From the human T2T-CHM13v2.0 reference genome, Homo sapiens: a stretch of DNA of 64,000 bases. The notes under the pieces were generated by a model that was given only the letters and a program-made list of their open reading frames with translations, ran no database searches and was not told the DNA's origin. This document shows, one piece after another, positions 25,844 through 41,129 of the stretch. Within the stretch, counting starts at the first letter, position 1, and every line of letters starts with the position of its first letter. Both the position numbers and the translations under genes were made by a program. The stretch lies in NCBI RefSeq assembly GCF_009914755.1, contig NC_060928.1; one strand, given 5' to 3'.

Positions 25844-28800
25844 CTTTAGGAGAAACTAAACAGAAAAGGGATGCAAAGCATAGTCATTTCTTTTTATGTC
25901 TGCTGTCAAATTTTGATTAATCATCTTAATCTTATAGTGCATGGATGAGGAATAGCAATTATCTTTATAGCTAGTTATAATATGAAAAGAAGTAAAGTAT
26001 ATTTAGAATCAGAATTTTTAGCCTTTTTAGTAGCTGCTTCTTGAGATGCATATATAACAAGCATACGATGTAGGGTATATTAGCACAGTGAGTGATCATT
26101 GAAAGACGGAGTGAGCAGAAAAACACAAGAGAAGCTGATGCAATGTATGAAATGATGCTCATAGGGAGAAACAGTGAAATAACAACCTGAAGCAAACAAA
26201 GTGACTTCCATCAGGGAAAGAGGTTAAATTTCATCTCATAAGCTCAAAGAGGCACCTGGCTATTCTTTTATTACCTCTGGTAGAAAGTCTTGTGCCAGTT
26301 CCGAGGCTTCCTGAGAGACTGGAAGTGAAACAATGTCACAGCTTAGCATCATTAAGGAGTGGAGGCAACTCCATTGGAGAGAGAGAGAATGAGAGAAAGG
26401 GGTGGGTATGAGTCCTTATAGGAAAAGGTAGAGAGTAATTCTTCACTATTCCGAAAGTTTGACGATAGAAAAGAGTCCCAGAAGCGCTGGAAGACTTAAT
26501 GGAGAAGGAAGCACTCCCAAATGTCTTCCTTACCGTAGGAGGAAATTAATACTTCATTAATATCCATAGTAAAGTGAATGGGTTTTGCGGGTGAAGGTTG
26601 CCCAGGATTTATCAGTGAATATTTTCAGTTTATCTTCTTAATGTTAATATATGTTATAAGCTCATTTTTGTTAATTATACCTCTTAATATAATCTTGTGA
26701 CAAGATTATTTGTCTTATGCTTTATCTAGCCTCTGGAGTGTTGGCAATATTCCAAGAAACTACTAAAATTTTTGAAAAGATGCTGCAGATTATAGTACTA
26801 CCTTTGTGACAGTAAATCCATGTTTCTTCATGTTCTCCATAGAACAAATGGCTTATGTTGTCAAGCCTCCTTGATGAGATTGAGAATAACTTCCCTTTTG
26901 TTTTAAAACCAAATTTTTAAGAACTAAATTCATTTTGATATACATATGTCATTGTTGAGAAGGAATCTTTCAGTTTCTCATTGACTTCCTAAGTAACAAG
27001 GAAGGCTTAACTCTTGCGTGCATCTGTTCTACTTGACAGGACACTTGTGGCACAGCCCCAGGTTCTTGTCAGTCTGGCATGTTTGAATCCTTCTGAAGCA
27101 TTTAGTTGGCTTGTTGTTTTGTGGGTAACCTGGAAGTCTCATCGCAGCAACAGAAATATGCCGTTTGAACGGTCCAGAGAGCTACAGTGTTAATATTAAC
27201 TCACACATCTGTCAGAGATTCAGCCTAAGAGCTGAAGAGCTATCTGCAATTTAAATTGATTGCCAAGAACTTAACACTAATTGACATGCTAGATTCATAA
27301 CTAAGTAACACATTATGACTAGTGCCAGTCATCTTAGAGAACACAATTCCCAATCTTGCTGCCCATTTTATCTTTAGAGGCTGAAATGACATTTTGGAGA
27401 GGATTCTTTCAGAAAATCAAATTCTCTTAGAAAAATGTGATGATGATGAATATAATGAAGAGGAATAGCATTGCTGTGATCTGTTCATGATAATCTGATC
27501 ATTTCTATGTTATGAGAGGTGGCCAAGAGAAGTGTTTAATTGATCTCTACGATACCTTCCTCTAGAGAGATCCTTGACCAGGTAATGGTCATTTTCCATT
27601 GCAAATTAAGAGGAGGCAGAAAAGAGAAGAGTTGAATTTGACACATATCTTTGCCATTACATTTAACTCTACAATCTTTATTTCTCTTTCCCAGCCCAAA
27701 TATTTCAAATGCCTTAAAAATGCAATCTTTAAATTTACTTGTCGAAAGGAAACTCTACAATGATATACAGTCTGATAAAGGAGATAGCTTATAGAGGTCT
27801 GTGCCTGACGACTCTCTCTCAGGATACAGATTTTTTTTTTTCCGTTGTCATTAGCACCAGTTTCTCCTTGACATTTCCCTCCACAGAACTGGAAATGTGC
27901 CTTTTAACATTGTTTTAACAACATTATAGCACTAATAAACAATTGTATTCTCTATGATATTCTGTATGAGATTTTTACCTTTGTGAACAGGATCTGTAGA
28001 CAGTCCCTTTCTGAGCATGATGATTATAAGGATGACTTGGTGGATGAATTCATTAAGCAGAGATTTATTCATATGCCTCATGGGGTCACCAAAGTGTATA
28101 ACATTCATGCATACTTATCTTTTGCAAGCATCCCCATAAATAAGCCCATTTCTGATTGATGCTTATATGTGATAGATCAGAGCACAATCATTCTGCCAAT
28201 CACTGGTTACTCATGCATGGAATTAAAAATCTTCCAGATCCATGCCATTTCTATATTTGGTTTGGCTTTACCTATTACTCAAAGTAAGAAAAAAAAGAGA
28301 AGGAGGATAAGATGTAAACAGATATAATTTTAACATTAAAAGGATAGCAGGATACTTTCAGGCTGTTCCAAAAGAACTGAAATAGCATCAATCTAATAAT
28401 ATCCTACATGAACATTGTTGAATTTATAAATATGAATGACATAGGAATAGCCACTGAATGCTATTATGGTACTTACAAATAGTGAATAAATGTACCTTTG
28501 TAAGAATTTAACCCATTGGCATTAGATAAAAAGGACCAATGGCACATTTTAGGGGAAGTTTACAAAAGAACAGAAAAAAATGGACTTTTCTTCAAATTAC
28601 ACACATTTTATTTCAGTTGTGATAAAAATTACTGTAAAACCTAGCCTATTTATGAAATAGTTGCACCCTAATATTTTTGATTTTTGAAAATTATTCTTGG
28701 ATCACTATATAAATAGGAACTCTAATTTCTTATCATGGAGAACTCTCCATAAAAATTTCAGCATTTTTCACAAAATTATCTTTCTATAAACATGCATGAA

Positions 28801-30500
28801 AGAGCAAATGCTTTTAGAAGAAAGATTATAGAATTACACTGAAAGATTTGAATAAAAAAGCCAAGTTCATTAAGGCTATATTATCCAACATTAACTTGAT
28901 TGTACAATTAGCTGCTTAATTCATATTTTAGAGACTGTAGCATTGATTTATGACAATGATCAGGACTCAGAATTCAGAAACAGATCATATTGCAAAGCAG
29001 TAAAAATAGCAGTTTATCCACTTGTGTCAAGGACACATAATGAAGTTCTCTTTTTGGAAAAAAATAGTCTTTTTTGGCCAGAATAAATACATGCTTACAT
29101 ATATTTGACAATATAAACTTAAGAGCTACTTTATGCTGAGCATGTCGCTAGCTGTTAATGATACAATGATGAGCAAATCACAGAGAACTGCTGCCCTATG
29201 GACACTGCATTACAAAATTTTAAATAAATATTCATGGCTTTAAACAAAATATTAAAAAAAGAAAAAGGATACTTAAAAGTAAATTGGATGAAATAATAGT
29301 ATGTCATTGAAGTATGACAAATTAGCATAAGGAGAAAAGGCAATTCCAACAAAGCCAAATAAAGTAGCACAGGAAAATATCATCATAGACTGTGAATAAA
29401 TTGCCTTTATGTAAGTCATTAAATTGTTTTCAGTGAAGGAATCTAAAATGGATTGATATGAATTATAAGTTATTTGGGATGTTTATGAATTTCCAATAAG
29501 TTATTTACCAGAGGCAATTCTTAAATATAGAAGTATAAGAGATAGAAACACAGAAATATAAAGAGATATTATAGAAACTCTGACAGAGAGATTAAGATAT
29601 AGAGAAAGCAATCAGAATATACAGTATAGTAGTTTCTGCAGAAAGAACAAATGAAGAGACAAAAACGAACTATTATTATTCATAGAAGATAAACATTAAT
29701 TATAAATTCAGAAAGCAGCAAAAATATCTATCAGAACGAATAAAAATACACCCATATATAAACTAATTTAAAAAATGAGCGAAAACCAAATTACCCGTAA
29801 GAATAATAAAATTGGAAACATTACAAAGACTTCTCATCTTGCAAGATAAGATGTGGTAAGTGTATGTAAATAATTTGACAAGGAAAGGAAAAATTCATTG
29901 AAAAACAAAACTATTACAAAACTGATGCTATGAAAAACCGAATAGTTTTATATCTAAGGAATGGAACTTGGAACTTAAAACCTTTACACAAATAAAATGA
30001 CTGGCTTGGATGGCATTACTGGTGAATTTTAATAAACACTCATGGAAGAAATAACAGTTCATCAATTTTACATGAACCATTTTAAAGAGTAGAAGAAAAA
30101 GGAACACTTTCAACATAGTTTTAGGAAACCAGCATAATACTGATACCACACGCCACTCTTGACATTGTAAGAAAATAATAGTTCAACATCCAAAGTTAAC
30201 ACAGTAGCAAATATCCTAAACCAAATATTAGAAATTTAAATCTAGCAATATATAAAAAGAATAATAAATTATGGTCAAATGAGATTTATACAAGGAACGC
30301 AAGAAGGATTTACTACTTGGAAATAAATCAATATAATTAATAATATTAACAGAGTGAAGGAGAAAAACATAATCATTTAAATGAATGTTCAGACAGCATT
30401 GAATAAAATTGAATTCCTTTTCATAATAAAACATCTCAGCAAACAACAGTGGAAGTAAACTCAATCTAATAAGGAGGATTTATGGGAAACCTACAGTTAA

Positions 30501-30815
<315 letters not shown>

Positions 30816-31674
30816 AAATGCCATTCTTAATTGTGAAATGCTGTGCGCTTTTCAACTGATGTCAAACAACAAAAAGACAAAGGTAGCCATTCTCCATTGT
30901 TATTTAGCATTGTACAGGAGTTCTGAACCAGTGCAATAAGGTAAGAGGGATTGGAAAGGAAAAAGTACAACTGTCTTAACAGTTTGCATTAACATATTCA
31001 TAGAAAATACAAAAAATTGGAAAAGTACTAGAACTATTGAATTAAGTTATCAAGTTGAGAATATGTCAATATTGCAAAATTTATTGTTTGCCCATATATT
31101 AATTAGAAACAATTGGTAAATAAAATTTAAAATACAACATTTACACACACACACACACACACTTCCAAGCTCTGTCTGCTGGGAAGCCTAGACGCAATGA
31201 AACCTCTGTAGCAATGAACACATCTGGTGATCAGATCTGGGTTTCTACTACCATTCTCCAATTAAAAGAAAAAGAATTCTTGCAGAAATGACTGATCTAT
31301 GGTTGGGGTGGGAAAAATACAAGATGAGTCTGGAACATCTTATATTTACAGAACACAAATGCTCAAAAACCAAAGTGGTAGGAATGTGTCAGAGACACAG
31401 AAGCTAAGGGAATAAACTCCCAGTGGCCAAACTGAACAATTTGAGCAGCAAATTAAATAACATAGCTTAGAATTTTAACTCAAAGCATAAAATAAATGTG
31501 CAAGAGTCTATATTGATATGAATAAATTATTGTATAAATAAAAAATGGGAAGGAATAAATCTCTATCAAAGAATCTCAAATAATATGCAGAAATGGTTCC
31601 CTCAGGTAGGTGGAACATAATCTCTTTATCCCCTTAAGTTGGGCTACATGCAGAGACTTACTTTCAAAGAGTGC

Positions 31675-32080
31675 TGATACAGTTTGGATATTTGCCCCTT
31701 CCAAATCTCGTGTTGAAATTTGATCCCCAGTGTTGCAGGTGGGGCCTGGTGGGAGATGTTTGGGTCACGGGGGTGGATCCCTCATGAATGGCTTTGTGCT
31801 GTCCCCATGGTAACCAATGAGTTGTCACTATATAAGTTCCCGCAAGAACTGCTTGTTAAAAAGAGTCTGGCACCTTTCCCTCTCTCTCTTTCCTGTACTC
31901 TCGTCCTGTAATCTCCTCATGCTGGCTCCTGTTCCCTTCCTACTTCTGCCATGAGTGGAAGTAGATGCTGGTGCCATGCTTCTTGAACAGCCTACAGAAC
32001 TATGGGCCAAAAAACTGTTTTCTTTATAAATTACCCAGCCTGAGGTATTCCTTTATAGCAATGCAAAACAGACTATGACA
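31675..32080 (+). mobile_element. MST (MSTB-like) MaLR solo LTR
   Basis: TGATACAGTTTGGATATTTG start, ataaattacccagcctgaggtattcctttatagcaatgcaaaacagactatgaCA end. Confidence 0.9.
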
Positions 32081-34391
32081 AGAACAGCACAGTGAAGGTT
32101 AAAAAAAGGAGTTACTTTACAATGGAAAAATCAGACAGATACCACCTCAGGGCTGTAATCAAGCTTAACATATTCAATAATAAGTCATATTGATAGTATA
32201 TACTCTTGATAAAAAGTAATGAGAGTGGTACTTTACTTCTGTGGGCTTCCTTCCAAAAATCTCATAATCTAATCTGTTCATAAGAAAAATATCTATGAAC
32301 CCAATTGAGAGACATTCTACAAAATACCTGACTAATACTCAGGTTGAGGTTATAAAAATAATGTAAAAACTTTTCACAATCTAGAGGATCCTGTGGAAAC
32401 ATGGCAACTAAATATAATGTAGTATCCTGGATAGGATAACGGGACAGAAAAATAACATTAGTAAAAACTAAAGAAATCCAAAAAGCACAGACCTTAATTA
32501 ATAATAATGCATCAATATTTGTTCACAAATGTTAACAAATATATCATCCTAACTAATGTAACATGGTAATAATAGAGGAAACTGGGCATGGGATCTAGGA
32601 AAATTCTCTGTACTGCCTTTGCAAATTTCTTGTAGACCTAAACTATTCTAAAATAAAAAGGTTATTTTTAAAATATAACATGTACAAGCATGCATCCATA
32701 CTTAGGAATAAACTAAGAGATATGACAACCCCTGAAAAACATAGTTCTGAGTAACTGAGTAACTGAAGAAGGCAAATAAATTGATATACTATGTTCATGG
32801 ATTAGAGCACTTAATACCTATTTTATGTTTGTTTTGTATTTAATGCTTTTCATATTCTTCAGAAAGTATGGTAGAGAGAACTTTGAATTTTGATAAAGGA
32901 TATTTATAGCAAACTCAAGCAAACACCATATTTATTTTGGAAACATTAGAAATATTCTCTTTAAAGCCAGGAATAAACTCAATTTCATTTAACATTGCTT
33001 TTGTTGAAACATCAAGACAAGAAAAAGTGGCAGAGTGTGTAAGTACTGACAGGAAGAAATTAACATGTTACTATTCCTAGGTGGTGTAATTATATGAAGA
33101 AATTATAAAGCATGAGGACTAAAATGAGAGTATTTTGGGCAATGTAAAAAATAATCATGTTCTTATGTATTGACAATGAAGTGTTAAAAAATAACTAAAA
33201 GGTTATAATTTTAAAAGCCTATTTTAATAATGAAGTATAAATAATTAAATCTAAAAGATATGCAAGAATTTATGAGGCATATGCCTTTGTTAAATGATAT
33301 CAATAATATTTAAATAAAGAGAGTGATGCATCGTATTCATGGACAGAAAGACTCAGTAGTTTGAGATGACAGTTTCCCCAGTGCTCATCTTTATATTCAA
33401 CTCAAGTTTATTTTGTGGAATTTGACAAGATAATTCTAAACTTTATGAAAAGCCAATTCCCAAGAATACTAATTAATACTTTAAACAGAATTTTTAAACT
33501 GTGTGTTTGGTAAGTTGTCCTATTAAATATCAAGTCTAATATAAACTGTACTAAACAAGACAACGTGATATCAGTGCAGGCATAGACAAATAGATCATTA
33601 GCATAGAACTTGAAACCGACCCATTAAATTTCATTACAAATTATTGGAAGTAATTATTCAATTGTGAAATGAAAATAAATGCCTACCTTACAAATTACAT
33701 GTACGTATACATATACAACTGTACAAAACTCCAAGGGGACTAAAACCTAAACAAGAAAGCAAAACTCTTTTATCAGATAGTATAAGAAAATATCTTTATG
33801 CACTTGGGTGAGAGAAGAATTTCTTATGGCAAAGAAGCATAGAGTATTAAGCAAACAAGGTTAAATTTTGTGAATTAAAATTATTTATACATCAAAAAGA
33901 ATGCCTTGAAGAGTAGAATAAATGTTTAAAATGCATATAGCTGACAAAGTATTCATCTTCAGAATATTGTGTGTGTATGTGTTAATTGTGTGTGTATAAT
34001 AAAAACAAGCAACCTTAAATGGAGAAAATATATTAAGAAGCATTTTGCATAAAGAACATCTGAATCATTTATTAAAATGCTTAACCTCACTGTTTATCAA
34101 GGAAGTACATGATAAGCAGGAATTAAGTCCAACTTTACAACCATTATGTAAGTTAAAAAATTAGAAGTGGGTAAATACTAAGTGTTGGAGAACATGTAAA
34201 ACAATAGGAAATCTCATAAAATTGCTAATAGGTGCTTCAAACAGAATGACCACATTGGAGAGCAATTTAGTAATTTGAATGGGGAGCAATTTAGTAATTT
34301 CCAAGTAATTACCAAGTTATCTCACTCCTAGGAATATACCCTGTAGAATAGCTTGCATATATATACTATATTAGAAGGTAATACACAATGA

Positions 34392-34697
<306 letters not shown>

Positions 34698-36589
34698 TAG
34701 CAAAGTAGAATGGATAAATATATTATGAAATACTGAAATGAAAATGAAAAAAACCTTGTCTACATATACAAGCATGGAGTATCTCAAAAAAAACATAAAT
34801 TTATACCTGAAAAATGAAGCCAAACTAAGCTACATGTGGATACTTCAATATGGTCATTTTGATTATATTTTCATACATACAGAATGAACATTTATATCTT
34901 AATATCAAACTCAGGAATAAAGCTTACCTTAAGAAAGGAAGTTTCATGTATTTGTACTGTTTAATTTCTTAAGATGGTGATAGTTTTTTTTAGTGTTACT
35001 TATAATCCATGCATCTTGGTATGCCTGTAACTTTTTTTTAATAAAAAATACTTCAAAAAGAATGTCTAGTAGTTTAAAGATTCCCTTAACATATATATAG
35101 ATATATGGAGAGATAGATAGATAATATCATTTTTTATGCTGTATTGGCTTAGGTATCTCTCGAGAATCTAACGACTCAATAATTTAAAGTAGCATTTATA
35201 TATAAGTGCTTACTGTTGCAAGTAAAATGTGAGCCTATCATTTGTATGAAAATTGAAAAACTGTAGGTTTGGACACTTCTGTGAGATCACACTGGACCCT
35301 CAGATCCTTCCTTCCAATGTGCCATGCATCTATGTACACCGACACCTGAAAAACTATTAACCCAAAATGTCTCATCTTTTTTGTTCTCATTTTATAAAAA
35401 TGGTTTATTTTATGGGCACTGGTGAAAAGTAATGGTTCAATGTATAAATATTGATTTAAATCACATAGCAGCACAATTCTCTAACTTTCTAACATATGTG
35501 TAACAAGATGGAGAGTCATCTGTTTTTTGAAGATAGATAAAACCAATATGTTCATTTAAAAATACTGTACTACTGTATATACATGCCCAAACTACTATGG
35601 AGACTGTGAGGGGTAGGATTTAAAAGGGGTATAAGCAGGCTCTGGGATGCTACTTTTGACTTGAGTGTGGTTACATGAATGTGTGCACTTTGTATTAATT
35701 CACTGTACTTCACTCCTATAATTTGTGCACTTTTTTGCATATGTATTGAATAAAAAGTTAGGAAAAGGAGGCTCATTATTTTATCTTTATAATGGAAAAA
35801 AGTTTATGATTCAGTAATAAGTAAAGAAGTGATTTGTCAGAATAAAATGATTACATCATCCTTTGTGCTTAGCAAAATGTTTGGTTCATTATATGCTCCC
35901 ACAAAAAGATTCACTGAATGAATGAATGCATAAACCATGTAAAAAATATGTGCAGTCAAAACATTTAGAAGTAAATATAAATGTAGCTAACTGCTAATAG
36001 TGCTGGGTTTGTGTGGGGGCGTTATGGGTGGTTGTTTTCTCTCTTTTTCAAATTTTAAAATAAATAATGGACTTTTAATGTCATCGTGGGTGTAGCCAGT
36101 CCCATAAGGTGCTTCTATGATGGAAATTTCTTACTTGCTTCTGTCATAGTTATGCTTCATAGTGTGTGTATATATATACATATTTCTATTTTGGAGTTTT
36201 TCTTAAAAGTTTGACAGTTAGCTGAGAACATCTGGACCACCTATAGCCAGCCCCCATCCCCAGATCAGATCAAATGGAATTCCCTTTTACCTATATCATG
36301 GAAGCTGCTTATCATCTCAGTGATTTTTTTCTTCAAGATTATTCATTTTTGGTTCTTATAACTAGGTATTTTAAGTACTGGAAGGCATAGGGTTAGAGAA
36401 ATCACATATTAATGCTGTAGACATTCATAGTCCTGCAGACTTTTTCTGATGAAAAATAAAAGCTTTCATTTAAAGCTTTTTGTCTAACTTCTAACGTTCT
36501 CACCTGTGATCACCGAATAGATATGCTCTGCCTGACACACTTGGCGTGTTAAATTTTAAATTTGTGAAGGTTTTTGTTTACTTTTAAAT

Positions 36590-36950
36590 AATCTTTTGAA
36601 TTAAGATATAACAGCCATTCATAACATACACAAGTCTGCAGTGTCCATTAAAAGATTCTGACATATGCATATACCTGTGTTACTACTACCCAGATCAAAA
36701 AATAGAACAATTTTGGTACCCAGAAGGCTCCGTGGTACCTCCTCACAATCAGTTACCAACCACCTCCCACCCCTGACCAAAGATAGTCTATCAGAATTCA
36801 GAAGTCTTTTATCATCAGAATTGATTTTTTCATGTTATTGAACTTCATACAAACGGAAGTAATTGGTACATGTTCTATTGTGTTTGTTTTCTTTAGCTCA
36901 TAATTATGTTTATGAGAAATATCCATGTTGTTGCTATGTAATATTCCATT
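36590..36950 (-). mobile_element. Old L1 3' end fragment
   Basis: tacctgtgttactactacccagatcaa...gaacttcatacaaacggaa...atccatgttgttgc. Confidence 0.65.
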
Positions 36951-36958
36951 GTCTCAAT

Positions 36959-37410
36959 TGTGAAAATTAATGATGTGACTTGGGGTTATTACAGTCATAC
37001 CCAACTAGATGGGAGTTAAGGACCATGGGGAAAAAGCACTCAGGTCACAAAGCTCCTGCTCCAGGAACTGTCTGGCAAGCCAGGCTGCAGAAATAACTTG
37101 CTATATCTTAAAACCCATTTTACCTAGTAACTGCTTCCATGTAACTGCTACCTTCCATGCCTCAAAGATTAGTTTACCTTCCACCAAGATTAGTTTTACC
37201 TACCACCATCACTCAACAATTACAGCTTGCCAAAGCTGGAAGAACTTGTCTAGGCCAATGAACTTTCTTTCAAAACATTTTACAAAACTTTTCTCTTAAC
37301 CAATAAAACCCCAATCTTTTCTTTTGTTCTGTGGACACCCTGAAGACCAGCCAGGTCTGTGTGTATGCACCAAATTACAATTTGGTTTTTGCGTATATTT
37401 CCAAAGAAAA
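36959..37410 (+). mobile_element. Solo LTR (ERV1-like)
   Basis: TGTGAAAA start, LTR-like composition, ccaataaaacccc poly-A signal. Boundaries uncertain. Confidence 0.55.
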
Positions 37411-38164
37411 CCTTTCTTTGCATTTGCATTTCTTTGCATTGTTAGACCCAACTTAACAAATGCTTTCATCCTGGCACATAAGCCTTATCCACAACTCATC
37501 ATAGGTTTGCAGGAGCACACTTCATATAAAAGCCACTTAATGTGGAGATCTTAAGCTTCCCCTCATTGAAATAATCACGTGCTTCTTTTATCATCACAGT
37601 TTAAAAGGCAGGACAGATGTGCCTCTCTCGCCAAGACCATGTTCCCAAACAGTAATGATGGTAAACTAGTTTTATTTTTAATTTAATATTTTTAAGAACG
37701 GGAATTTCCAGTAGTTGTTAAATCATTATCTGTTTAAGAAGAATGTGAACTTGAAATAATTGAGGTGGAACAAGTCCTTAAAGAATCTCATTATGACTCA
37801 TATATGAGGGTAATAAGGAAGTTAAAATGCTCATAATATTTGTAGAAAAAAGTTTGGTGACTATGTGTAAAATAATGAAACTGTACTCAAGTGAGAATGG
37901 TTGGTACTACATGAAATTAATCAGATTAACAATATTGGGAAAGGAGTTTAACAGCTAAAAAGAGATTTGAGTTTATATTGTTAAACTGCACACGCATTTT
38001 TTTAAATTTGTGCAAGAAAAATATGAAAAATACATTGTTTGAATTAACTTAATTAACAAAAAGTGGCCTAAAAAGTAGACTAATAGAGAAATTTTCCCAA
38101 GGATTAAAGAATAACCTCAAATGGGAGAGCTGTATTTAAAAGTGAGACATACCAGTTATAGACT

Positions 38165-38183
38165 AGACCAGCAGAGGGAGCTC
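38165..38183 (+). promoter_or_regulatory. Candidate CTCF binding motif
   Basis: AGACCAGCAGAGGGAGCTC matches the CCAGCAGAGGGCGC-type core with one mismatch. Confidence 0.55.
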
Positions 38184-38396
38184 AATATATTTAGCCAGTA
38201 AAGACATTGAAGACAGTTAAGATTCTTGTTAAGCAGACACATATGGAAGAGGATAATTACGTAGTTTTATTTTAAATATGAATTCTCAGACATAAATATA
38301 TTCATTAATGATTACAGATAATTTGAGATTCCATCCTCTCAATTTTAATTGACTGCCTTAGTTGAATTCAATTATTCGTATTATAAGAACAGAAGT

Positions 38397-38430
38397 CAGC
38401 CTGTGTGACAGACTCTGTCTCAAAAAAAAA
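38397..38430 (+). mobile_element. Extremely 5'-truncated Alu (3' tip plus poly-A)
   Basis: cagcctgtgtgacagactctgtctc(A)n flanked by AAGAACAGAAGT (38385-38396 / 38431-38442). Confidence 0.85.
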
Positions 38431-40733
38431 AAGAACAGAAGTAAACTATATTCAGCGTAAGAAGTGTGAATAAGTTTAAAAAATACATTAACACATATAT
38501 TAGCATTTTTACTGAATTAAAAAAATACAGCAATAGAATAATGAGATAAAGTTTTGTTGTAGAGTCGTGATAGTGGACCCTGTGAATAAAATACAACAAC
38601 TTAACCAAGTGGGAGCAAAACATTTTATGATTCTTATGATAGAAATATACTAACAAGTTCTAATTTTCTTTGTGCCTATATAGATGAACATCAAAATCAC
38701 AGCTATTTTAGCTGATACCATTAAAAATTAATAAATATTGAATCTGATCATTTTAATGGAAATGATATATGTTTAGAAATTTGGAAGAATAAAAAGAAAA
38801 ATACCAAGGTGGACATGATTAGGTTTGTAATACTTAACTTCTGGGATATTTGAACAATGTTCATTGACACTGCTTGAGACTGTGAAGAAGTGAGTGATAG
38901 ATGCTCAAAGTGATTTCAAAAGGAATACATAATGATGGAGTATGTAGGTAAGGAAAGGCTTGCATGCTGAAGGAGAGAAATAAAACTTATGGTGAGAGTG
39001 TGTTTGCAATATCCTGCAAGCTTTTGCAGAATGCTATTCTATAAAGTCTGGCTAAATTGTTAAGGTAAGAAATTTAACTGGTGTAGCCATCTTATAGATT
39101 GTGTTATAACAGTTTTAGTGGTAGACTGATGAATTATGTCATAAAAAAGGCACTTTCAGAAAACTGGCAATCTTTAAGTCTTAATGGGAAGGAAATCTGC
39201 CTATGCCCTCTCTTTTTTCCAAGTCCCTTCCCTCCCTACCCCATAAAGATGGGTAAGACTTTAAATCTTTCCAGCTATTGCTGTGGGAAGTATTTCATGG
39301 ACGCAATCATGTAAAAGAAAAATATAGAGAAGTATATTTCCAGGTTTTTAGGATTACACATGTATAGAAACAAAATGAGAAAATTGCCAGGGCTGGAAAT
39401 ACAATTTGAGAAGCCTAAATAGAACAAAGCCAATAGTGATTCCTTCAACTGTGGATTTTATGGACTGAATATGTACAAATGTTGGGTATAAATCAGGGCC
39501 AATTTTTCCACAAGAATCTAGAATATATCAAAGTCTAAAACAGGATTATAGCCACTTTAGAGAAGAAATTGCACCAGAACCAGACTGTTTCTAACCAAAT
39601 GACATACGTCTTCTCTGCGTTTACATTCATATACACACATTCATGTTAACTTAGATTGTATCATATTGAAGATAATTCTATATAATGCCTCCAAATTTAA
39701 ATTCAGTTCTTTTCCACAAATGCTTATTGTAGTTAAGCTATACTAACTTTGAATAGAATCACAGAGATGCTGGTAAATGACTTATATTGCATACATGAGG
39801 GAAACAGCTTTTTTTTTTAAATGATGCCTGTATAAAGCCTCTTCCTGTTGAGATAGATTCCAACACACACTCACACACACCTCTACACACACTTACACCC
39901 TCATATATGTAAAAATTTGCATATTAGATTGTTTTTCCTAGAAAATTTACTACCTATTTACTATTCTAAGTAAATAGAACATAATTCTCTAATATTGGTT
40001 TTTTAAACTAATAAATCCTTAAGTATTTTATATCATCTTTTAGTTAATATTAACTTTGAGAAGTATCACAAACCATACTTACTAAATTTACAAAGACAAT
40101 TCTAGCTAATTTAAGAATCATCATCTATACAGTTTCAAAAAAAATAAAATTGGCTGCTAGACAATTTTATAGATGTTCAGTGGTTCATGTGTCTATTTCT
40201 GCATTTTATTACAGTTAAATTGCCCAATAAAAGCTAAAGGGCAAAGCAGAGATACCATGTGCTCTTTAGAAAAAGCTATAAAATTTAAGACAGAAGAAAT
40301 TTGGTCTGTAATGACAATTTTTATGTTTTTCTGGCTTTAATAACTTGATTATATAAAATGTTTTCAAATACAGTTGATAAAATCTATAAGTATAATGTTT
40401 TGGCAAATACCATATTCATTTGAAAAAGTAATCGAATTGAATATTTAAAATAACATTATAAACAAATTTGTAAGTGGGGTACAGAGTAAACATGTAAGTA
40501 TTTACTACTCTGCTTATGTCTGGATATTAAAGATTATTGGAAAAAAATAATTGCTATGGTGACATTTTAGCTTTTAATTTGAAGTTTAATATTAGATTGT
40601 TGAATGGAGAAAATCAATGTTGTTTTCACTTATATTTATATACTCTAATATACCATCTCTAACTGAAATGTTATTACCTGCAGGTGACTGTAATTTAATT
40701 ATACTATTAATTTTACATTTTAAAATCTTGTTA

Positions 40734-40987
<254 letters not shown>

Positions 40988-41020
<33 letters not shown>
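40988..41020. repeat. (AC)16 microsatellite; (UG)n in GLRA3 pre-mRNA
   Basis: Directly visible, ~95 nt upstream of the exon 3 acceptor. Confidence 0.95.
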
Positions 41021-41022
<2 letters not shown>

Positions 41023-41129
41023 TGCTTAAAATTGAAGCAATAATTCCACACAACAATATGTACTGAGAATCACAAGGTTCACAAGGAACACTGATGCTGA
41101 TCATTTTTTTACCTCTCTTGGTCTTAGTT

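Noticed and set aside
34915-34945. Recursive-splice-like site cttcctttcttaag|gtaagc
   Set aside because: AAG rather than YAG acceptor, short tract, and located in or near old L1 sequence. Such matches are expected by chance.
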